Assembly (NCBI GenBank): GCA_026993265.1
Contig: JALWTY010000202.1
Span: 1 to 48,240 of the forward strand
Direction: 5' to 3'
Source: Desulfobacterales bacterium
GTDB lineage: Bacteria > Desulfobacterota > Desulfobulbia > Desulfobulbales > JAJRZW01
DNA length: 48,240 nucleotides
Within the stretch, counting starts at the first letter, position 1. Each line of letters opens with the position of its first letter. The notes beneath the pieces are model-generated. The model worked only from the letters and a program-made list of their open reading frames with translations, was not told where the DNA came from and did not search any database. This document shows, one piece after another, positions 43,541-48,240 of the stretch. A program made the position numbers and the translations under genes.

Positions 43541-43855
43541 TCAGGAACGGTCGGCCTTCTCGACGGCCTTGAGCGCCTCGTGGTAGGCGCGATCGACGTC
43601 CTCCCAGTCGACGGAGCCGCCCCGTTCCTCGCCGCGGCGGTAGGCCGCGACGAGAAGACGGGCGGCGCTCATGGCGTCGGACTCTCCGCTTTCGTCGAGC
43701 CGAGCGAGACGACGCTCCAGGACCGGCCGTAGCGCGGCCTCGAGCACCGTTCGAAGCTCCTCGTCCAAGGGGAAGCTGCCGTGGTCGGTGAGGACCTCGC
43801 AGGCCCGCGGGAGCTGCTTCGAGAGGACGTAGGCGATCTTCCATTTCTCGTCCAT
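43541..43855 (-). CDS. Hypothetical 104-aa protein
   Basis: The start lies 3 nt after the stop of the upstream gene (coupled). The sequence is acidic and helical. I recognise no family. Confidence 0.6.
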   Translation of the reverse strand: MDEKWKIAYVLSKQLPRACEVLTDHGSFPLDEELRTVLEAALRPVLERRLARLDESGESDAMSAARLLVAAYRRGEERGGSVDWEDVDRAYHEALKAVEKADRS

Positions 43856-43858
43856 CGC

Positions 43859-44269
43859 TCAGTCCTCCTCCGGCAGCATGATGGTGACCACGGGCTCGCC
43901 CTGGTCGCCGGGGCCGGCGACGATCTTGAGCACCGTCTCCACGGCGTCCGAGCTCATGCCATCTCGCGGGACGCGGTGGAGCGGGTAGAGCAGCCGGTCC
44001 TGGCCGGGGCGGCCCCGGATGGCCATGTGCGCCATCCAGAGCACGTCCCAGAGCCTGCCGTCCTGGTCCTGGTGGACCCCCTGGATGTCGGAGTCCCGGT
44101 CGTTCCAGGCCACGCAGTCCTCCCAGGCCGCCTGGGTGAGCGCGACGGGCCAGTTGAAGCCCGCCTCCCTGGCCGTCTCGGTCACGTCGACCAGCACGCC
44201 GTCGGCGATGGCCTGGGCGCGCGTGTAGGTGAAGATGACTTCTCCGAAGAGATTCGTGGATACATTCAT
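43859..44269 (-). CDS. Conserved plasmid/ICE small protein (AIADGVLVDV-type)
   Basis: 136 aa from MNVSTNLFGEVIFTYTRAQAIADGVLVDVTETAREAGFNWPVALTQAAW.... I have seen this N-terminal pattern in mobile-element proteins of unknown function. It is preceded by the structured leader. Confidence 0.65.
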   Translation of the reverse strand: MNVSTNLFGEVIFTYTRAQAIADGVLVDVTETAREAGFNWPVALTQAAWEDCVAWNDRDSDIQGVHQDQDGRLWDVLWMAHMAIRGRPGQDRLLYPLHRVPRDGMSSDAVETVLKIVAGPGDQGEPVVTIMLPEED

Positions 44270-44340
44270 GGTGCGTCTCCTCTGCTGTGTTGAAGGGAGG
44301 GGCACCGCTCCCGCCGGGAGGGGTGCCCCGGCGGGGTCGT
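44270..44340 (-). promoter_or_regulatory. Structured 5' leader, copy 1 (SD-sequestering element)
   Basis: On the minus strand: CACGACCCCGCCGGGGCACCCCTCCCGGCGGGAGCGGTGCCCCTCCCTTCAACACAGCAGAGGAGACGCACC-ATG. P1 is CCCGCCGGG/CCCGGCGGG. GGTGC..CTCC pairs with GGAG..GCACC. Confidence 0.6.
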
Positions 44341-44352
44341 GAAAATGGGCGC

Positions 44353-44586
44353 TCAGGCCCTGTTCAGCTTCTCGAGCGCTGCGCGCGTCCGTTGCAACTT
44401 CATCGCCATTGCGGCGATGTCCTCATCGAGTCCCTCGATACCAGCCCGGGCGCCAAGTTGCAGATCGTGCAAGTCCGATTGGAGCCTGTCCTCCTGCATC
44501 TCGAGCACCAGTCGGGCCGAGGAGACCGAAATGCAGCCCTCGAGATCGTCGGGCCACAGATCCAGAACGATGTCTTCCACATTCAT
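44353..44586 (-). CDS. Hypothetical 77-aa acidic protein
   Basis: GGAGG lies within the 12-nt gap after the upstream stop (coupled). Confidence 0.55.
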   Translation of the reverse strand: MNVEDIVLDLWPDDLEGCISVSSARLVLEMQEDRLQSDLHDLQLGARAGIEGLDEDIAAMAMKLQRTRAALEKLNRA

Positions 44587-44598
44587 CGTGCGGCCTCC

Positions 44599-45153
44599 TC
44601 AATGGCCGTGGCACAGGCGATGCAGCGCCTCGTGGGCCTCGGCAATCGCCTCGTCGGCCAGCTCGAGCGCCGTCTCCGTGAAGTAGTCCTCGTCAGAGTC
44701 CGACTCGATGCCGGAAAGCGAGGCCTCGCCGATCAGGATGCCCGCGCGCCAGGCCTGTACCCGGATGGTTTCGTACCACCAGGTGCGCCCGTAGGTGTGG
44801 GCCCGTTCGTAGAGGACGTGCCGGTTCTCGGGATCGGCGGGGATGAACCAGGGGAACTCGCCCCGCTCGCCGCGATGCCGGACGGCGCCCGGCGCCCACT
44901 GGTTGGTGAAATGCCCCAGGTCGTCGCCGTGGATCCACCAGCCGTCCTCGTCGATCAGGCGCCGGGCGACGAGATCGAAGCCGTTCTGACGCCACCGGGC
45001 GACGGGACGATGGTTCTCCTCGGCCCACTCGATGCCGAGTTCGGCGATCCGACGACGAAGCCGGGCCTGGTCTCGAGCGATGTGAAGGGCGAGGGCCGCG
45101 GGAAGGCCCCGGGTACGAAGTTGGCGATACTCGCCTCGAACGTCGATGTGCAT
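44599..45153 (-). CDS. Hypothetical 184-aa protein
   Basis: From MHIDVRGEYRQL..., with AAGGAGG 6 nt upstream. It is Trp-rich (WWIHGDDLGHF...WWYETIRVQAW) with an acidic C-terminus. It is preceded by the structured leader. Confidence 0.65.
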   Translation of the reverse strand: MHIDVRGEYRQLRTRGLPAALALHIARDQARLRRRIAELGIEWAEENHRPVARWRQNGFDLVARRLIDEDGWWIHGDDLGHFTNQWAPGAVRHRGERGEFPWFIPADPENRHVLYERAHTYGRTWWYETIRVQAWRAGILIGEASLSGIESDSDEDYFTETALELADEAIAEAHEALHRLCHGH

Positions 45154-45230
45154 GGTTGCCTCCTTGGTGAAACGTGCCGGAGGCGCCATGCCCCCGGCCG
45201 GGGGACGGGCCCCCGGCGGGGTGGAAGGGT
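45154..45230 (-). promoter_or_regulatory. Structured 5' leader, copy 2
   Basis: On the minus strand: CTTCCACCCCGCCGGGGGCCCGTCCCCCGGCCGGGGGCATGGCGCCTCCGGCACGTTTCACCAAGGAGGCAACC-ATG. P1 is CCCCGCCGGGGG/CCCCCGG(C)CGGGG. GCCTCC pairs with GGAGGC. Confidence 0.65.
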
Positions 45231-45410
45231 TTACAGAAGACCGTAGACCAGGAGCCAGGACGGATGCCCGTGAGGACAGACGCCGTCGGGTTCGACCTCG
45301 CATCCGTCGGTGGCCACGGCGACACCGTCATAGGCCATCTGTTCCAGTTCATCCATCTCCGGAGCAGGAATCTCCGGTTCTGGCCATCCGGAACGTCTTG
45401 CTGCTTGCAT
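45231..45410 (-). CDS. 59-aa Cys/His-containing protein missing from the ORF track (below the size cut-off)
   Basis: MQAARRSGWPEPEIPAPEMDELEQMAYDGVAVATDGCEVEPDGVCPHGHPSWLLVYGLL. GAGGAG lies upstream and it has its own copy of the leader. The DGC.VEPDG.CPHGHPSWL pattern is familiar from other mobile elements. Confidence 0.6.
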   Translation of the reverse strand: MQAARRSGWPEPEIPAPEMDELEQMAYDGVAVATDGCEVEPDGVCPHGHPSWLLVYGLL

Positions 45411-45470
45411 GGGTTGTCTCCTCTGCTGGGTTGAAGGGAAACCGGCGGCGCCGGCGGGGTGGAAGAAAGG
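45411..45470 (-). promoter_or_regulatory. Structured 5' leader, copy 3 (degenerate P1)
   Basis: On the minus strand: CTTCCACCCCGCCGGCGCCGCCGGTTTCCCTTCAACCCAGCAGAGGAGACAACCC-ATG. GGTT.TCC pairs with GGA..AACC. The ~70 nt further upstream (GGGACCGACGAGACAGGGG...) resemble the region upstream of copy 6. Confidence 0.5.
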
Positions 45471-45629
45471 ACCGAGACCTTGCGGCCACCCCTGTCTCGT
45501 CGGTCCCAGGGGTTTCTGCTGCCTTTGGCCCAGGCAGCGGGGCGTCGAAAGCCTCTCCGCAGCGGCTGCGCTCTGGAGAGGCCTCCCGGATTCCTCGGAG
45601 GAGAGGCTCCCCTTGCGGGGAGCCGTCGG

Positions 45630-46004
45630 TCATGCCAGATGGGCCTGCAAGCGCTCGGACCCGTGGACCAGGCGGTGTGCCAGGGCACGGGCGACCCGTG
45701 CGTGGTGAACGCCACCCGCATCCGCCAGCACGTGTTGCTGGGAGACGCTGCCAAGGCGCTGGGTGCCCTTGCGCACTTCCACATGCACCGTGACGCGGGG
45801 TCGGTCGCAAGGATCGCCGGCTTCCGGGCTCACATGGGCCCGGATGGCGAGGCCGTGCTCGACCCAATCGGCCCGGAATGCCGCAGGGCCCCATTCGACC
45901 CGTTGCCAGCGGATCCGCCTGGCGTGGTGAATTTCCCGCAAACGCCGCAGACGGCGCAGCAGGAGGGAGATCGCCCGAGGGCGGTGTGCAAGAGGATGAA
46001 GCAT
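45630..46004 (-). CDS. Hypothetical 124-aa basic protein
   Basis: From MLHPLAHRPRAISLLLRRL..., with AAGGAGG upstream and a full leader copy. The coding call rests mainly on that context. Confidence 0.5.
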   Translation of the reverse strand: MLHPLAHRPRAISLLLRRLRRLREIHHARRIRWQRVEWGPAAFRADWVEHGLAIRAHVSPEAGDPCDRPRVTVHVEVRKGTQRLGSVSQQHVLADAGGVHHARVARALAHRLVHGSERLQAHLA

Positions 46005-46080
46005 GGTTGGCCTCCTTGGTTGAGAGAGCCGGAGGGCCATGCCCCCTGCCGGGGGATGGGCCCCCGGCGGGGTTGAAAAC
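46005..46080 (-). promoter_or_regulatory. Structured 5' leader, copy 4
   Basis: On the minus strand: TTTCAACCCCGCCGGGGGCCCATCCCCCGGCAGGGGGCATGGCCCTCCGGCTCTCTCAACCAAGGAGGCCAACC-ATG. GGCC(C)TCC pairs with GGAGGCC. Confidence 0.65.
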
Positions 46081-46128
46081 CTGACTGGCGTCAGGCATCG
46101 TGGGTTGGAACGATGCGGGAGGTTCCCG

Positions 46129-46383
46129 ATGCTCGTCGATCCAGAGACCGGTCTTGTACGACTCACGCGCGAGGAGTTCGACGCCTATCGGCGCGCGGCC
46201 GCGCGCAACGGTCATGCGGTGAACCGGGTCGGGAACGCCCGAGAGCTGATGCGGGCCGCCGTCGAAGGACTGCCCGACAGCCTGCTCGATGATCTGCTGG
46301 AATTCGCCGAGACGGGCAGCTCGCGGCTCACCCGCCTTCCTTCGCCCGAAGCGCTGCGAGCGCGGCTTTCCGGAGACGAATGA
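46129..46383 (+). CDS. Hypothetical 84-aa protein, the only plus-strand gene in the array
   Basis: MLVDPETGLVRLTREEFDAYRRAAARNGHAVN... with GGGAGG 7 nt upstream and GC-rich third positions. Its 3' end overlaps the convergent 46328 gene by 56 nt. Confidence 0.45.
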   Translation: MLVDPETGLVRLTREEFDAYRRAAARNGHAVNRVGNARELMRAAVEGLPDSLLDDLLEFAETGSSRLTRLPSPEALRARLSGDE

Positions 46384-46555
46384 GGACGAGGACCTCCTCG
46401 TCCTCCAGCGTTTCCCATCCCTTCGGCAAGGCCTCGATGTAGGCCAGCACCAGCTCGGGGTTCTCTTCCGCTTTCTCGAACAGCCTTCTTGCCGCCTCGC
46501 GCCGGTGCTTGAGGTCCGTCAGGAAGGCATGAACGCGATCGTCTTTTGGGGTCAT
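46328..46555 (-). CDS. Hypothetical 75-aa helical protein
   Basis: MTPKDDRVHAFLTDLKHRREAARRLFEKAEENPELVLAYIEAL..., preceded by a leader copy with a near-perfect anti-SD. Confidence 0.6.
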   Translation of the reverse strand: MTPKDDRVHAFLTDLKHRREAARRLFEKAEENPELVLAYIEALPKGWETLEDEEVLVLIRLRKAALAALRAKEGG

Positions 46556-46637
46556 GGTCTTCTCCTTGCCTTGGTTGAAAGAAGGCCGGGGAAGACCGCC
46601 CCGGGCCGGGGAAGGTGTTCCCCGGCGGGGTGGAAGA
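46556..46637 (-). promoter_or_regulatory. Structured 5' leader, copy 5
   Basis: On the minus strand: CTTCCACCCCGCCGGGGAACACCTTCCCCGGCCCGGGGCGGTCTTCCCCGGCCTTCTTTCAACCAAGGCAAGGAGAAGACC-ATG. GGTCTTCCCC pairs with GGAGAAGACC (9 of 10). Confidence 0.7.
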
Positions 46638-46649
46638 TGTGCCCAGGTG

Positions 46650-46952
46650 CTAGCTGGCCACCAGCTTGCAGACGTGGCCGACCACGAAGCCGAACGGCAC
46701 GGACCGGTGCGGCGGGTGGACGATGCCGGCGTCGATCAGCGCTTCCAGCATTCCCTGGTTCTCGGACCAGTCCTTGATGACCACTTCGTCAGGGTCCAGC
46801 TGAATGTCCGGAACGTTCACCGTGGCGGTCGCGACGGGTGACCCATCGTCGGCGACCAGGGCAATCGCCGGCCTGCCGTCGGCATACTTCTGGAGCCTTG
46901 CGGTACAGCGCCAGTCCTGGAACCGCACCACCCCGAGCGTGATGTTGCTCAT
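46650..46952 (-). CDS. DUF4313-like small protein
   Basis: 100 aa from MSNITLGVVRFQDWRCTARLQKYADGRPAIALVADDGSPVATATVNVP...IKDWSENQGMLEALIDAGIV. GGAGG lies in the 11-nt gap after the radC stop. Confidence 0.6.
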   Translation of the reverse strand: MSNITLGVVRFQDWRCTARLQKYADGRPAIALVADDGSPVATATVNVPDIQLDPDEVVIKDWSENQGMLEALIDAGIVHPPHRSVPFGFVVGHVCKLVAS

Positions 46953-46963
46953 GGGACACCTCC

Positions 46964-47473
46964 TCACATCAAGCCACGTTCGGCGAACGACACGCTTCCG
47001 CATGCCGAGACCACGAAGTGGTCCAGCACGCGGACGTCGATCAGCGCGAGCGCGTCCTTGAGCCTCCGGGTGATCGATTGATCCGCCATGCTGGATTCGG
47101 CCACCCCGGAAGGGTGGTTGTGGTAGAACACCACGGCGGCCGCGTTCGATTCCAGGGTCTGTTGGACCACGACCCGAGGATGGATCGAGGCCCCATCCAG
47201 GGTGCCCTGGAACAGCTCCCGCATGTCGATGATCCGGCACCTGCTGTCGAGAAACAGGCATCCGAAGACCTCGTTGGGGCGGTCCGCCAGCTTGAGTCGC
47301 AGGTACCTCCGGGTGTCGTCCGGGTTTTCCAGGCGTTTTCCAGGTTGGTGCCGCGCTTCCATGATCTGGAGGGCGAGCTTCACGAGGGTATCCTGCTCCA
47401 CCGTGGTGAGATTGCTGGCATGGAGACCAGCGAAGCGGTTCATGTCGAGCGATACGACGTTGTTACGTGGCAT
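46964..47473 (-). CDS. radC: RadC-like JAB/MPN-domain protein
   Basis: 169 aa from MPRNNVV... with ...FGCLFLDSRCRIIDMRELFQGTLDGASIHPRVVVQQTLESNAAAVVFYHNHPSGVAESSMADQSITRRLKDAL (HNHPSG JAMM-type motif). It is preceded by a leader copy. Confidence 0.9.
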   Translation of the reverse strand: MPRNNVVSLDMNRFAGLHASNLTTVEQDTLVKLALQIMEARHQPGKRLENPDDTRRYLRLKLADRPNEVFGCLFLDSRCRIIDMRELFQGTLDGASIHPRVVVQQTLESNAAAVVFYHNHPSGVAESSMADQSITRRLKDALALIDVRVLDHFVVSACGSVSFAERGLM

Positions 47474-47550
47474 GGTGACCTCCTTGGTTGAACAGGCCGG
47501 AGACACCACGCCCCGACCGGGGAATGGAGTTCCCCGGCGGGGTTGAAAGG
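47474..47550 (-). promoter_or_regulatory. Structured 5' leader, copy 6 (upstream of radC)
   Basis: On the minus strand: TTTCAACCCCGCCGGGGAACTCCATTCCCCGGTCGGGGCGTGGTGTCTCCGGCCTGTTCAACCAAGGAGGTCACC-ATG. GGTG.C.TCC pairs with GGA.G.CACC. Confidence 0.65.
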
Positions 47551-47746
47551 ATGAACCGGAAGCCCAGTTGGGCTCGTCCCTGTCTCGCCGGTTCCAGGGA
47601 CGTTGCCGCGATGCCCTCGCGGCGGGGGGATGAAGGCGATCTGGAGGTTTTCCGCAAGCTGTTGAAAGCAACAGGCTGGGGAAACCCCCCGTCGAGGTTG
47701 ATGGAAGATGAAAGGGTGCCGGGGCGAACGCCCCGGCGGATTGGAA

Positions 47747-48193
47747 TCAGCCGACCAGCTTGAGCAAGCCAACGAGGGCGATCATCGTGCCGACGCTCCA
47801 CATGATGTGTCTGTTGCCTTCGGCGATGATCTGCGCCTTGAGACCAGCGACTTCGGTTCGGACCTCGGCGACGTCCTGCTTGAGCTCGCTGCGGACCATG
47901 GCGATCTCGCCGCGGACCTCGGCGATCTCTTGCTTGAGTTCGCTCCGAACCGTGGCGATCTCCTGCCCGAGTTCGCTCCGAACTGTGGCGATCTCCTGCC
48001 CGAGTTCGTTACGGACCTTGCCGATCTCTTGCTTGAGTTCGGCGATGTCGTCCTTGGTGGCCAGATGGGCCATGACGAACTCGCCGAAGGCTTCGGCCTC
48101 CGCCTCTGCGACGGCCTCGGCTTGTTCGGCTGGCATGCCCGCGTCGCGGAGCTTGCGGGCCAGCTTGAGGGTGTCGAATGCGACCATGTTCAT
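47747..48193 (-). CDS. DUF1640-like coiled-coil protein with a C-terminal TM anchor
   Basis: 148 aa: FDTLKLARKLRDAGMPAEQAEAVAEA..., then 11-aa periodic repeats (ELGQEIATVRS twice, plus variants), then IMWSVGTMIALVGLLKLV. Confidence 0.8.
   Translation of the reverse strand: MNMVAFDTLKLARKLRDAGMPAEQAEAVAEAEAEAFGEFVMAHLATKDDIAELKQEIGKVRNELGQEIATVRSELGQEIATVRSELKQEIAEVRGEIAMVRSELKQDVAEVRTEVAGLKAQIIAEGNRHIMWSVGTMIALVGLLKLVG
47882..48034 (-). repeat. 33-bp (11-codon) tandem repeats inside the DUF1640-like gene
   Basis: Units 47936-47968 and 47969-48001 differ at one base. Flanking units are progressively diverged. Confidence 0.8.
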
Positions 48194-48240
48194 TACTTTA
48201 CCTCCGATCCTGATGGTCGTGAACCCGACGGAGGTCCGCC
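48194..48240 (-). promoter_or_regulatory. Structured 5' leader, copy 7 (truncated by the window edge)
   Basis: On the minus strand: GGCGGACCTCCGTCGGGTTCACGACCATCAGGATCGGAGGTAAAGTA-ATG. ACCTCCG pairs perfectly with CGGAGGT (the SD). The P1 region lies outside the window. Confidence 0.5.

Noticed and set aside
1-48240. Search for tRNA/rRNA genes, CRISPR arrays, ICE attachment sites, integrase or relaxase
   Set aside because: I found no cloverleaf-like or rRNA-like sequence and no regularly spaced repeats. No tyrosine integrase or relaxase ORF is present, so the ICE ends evidently lie outside this window.

Overview
48,240-bp window. It is GC-rich by eye (roughly 63-66% in the flanks) with a compositionally foreign, AT-richer block in the middle. 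No BLAST or HMM tools were available, so all family names come from motif recognition and memory and need confirmation. Layout: (1) 1-5334 holds the last 4 kb of a giant RTX/cadherin-like exoprotein gene and an overlapping HlyD-type T1SS adaptor gene. (2) 5372-5956 is a serine recombinase on the GC/AT junction. (3) About 5957-22480 is an accessory island crowded with conflict modules. These are a 4-gene operon (unknown helical protein, RelE/ParE-like toxin, ImmA/IrrE Zn-peptidase, small membrane protein); a convergent trio of sce7726-like PD-(D/E)XK protein, Beta_protein (sce7725-like) and membrane coiled-coil protein; an RsmN-type CsrA paralogue; a 1647-aa mosaic RHS toxin with a membrane immunity gene; an ISL3 remnant; a class-II Fic protein; a HigB-HigA-SecB-like (TAC) module; small orphan genes; and a 98-bp direct repeat pair. 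(4) 24193-42839 is an uninterrupted minus-strand transfer operon of a PFGI-1/ICEclc/pKLC102-class (MPF-G) integrative conjugative element (TraG_N ... VirB4-like ATPase ... TraD ... PilL/OmpA), and most gene junctions have a 4-nt start/stop overlap. (5) 42840-43540 is a 700-bp non-coding GC-rich spacer with three strong hairpins. (6) 43541-48193 is a co-oriented array of small genes (RadC/JAB, DUF1640-like, DUF4313-like and others) in seven mini-modules, each headed by a conserved structured leader in which an anti-SD pairs with the SD, with compensatory changes between copies. The best candidates for something undescribed are the SD-sequestering leader family, the sce7726/Beta_protein/membrane trio, and the RelE-ImmA four-gene operon. 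No rRNA, tRNA or CRISPR array was seen.
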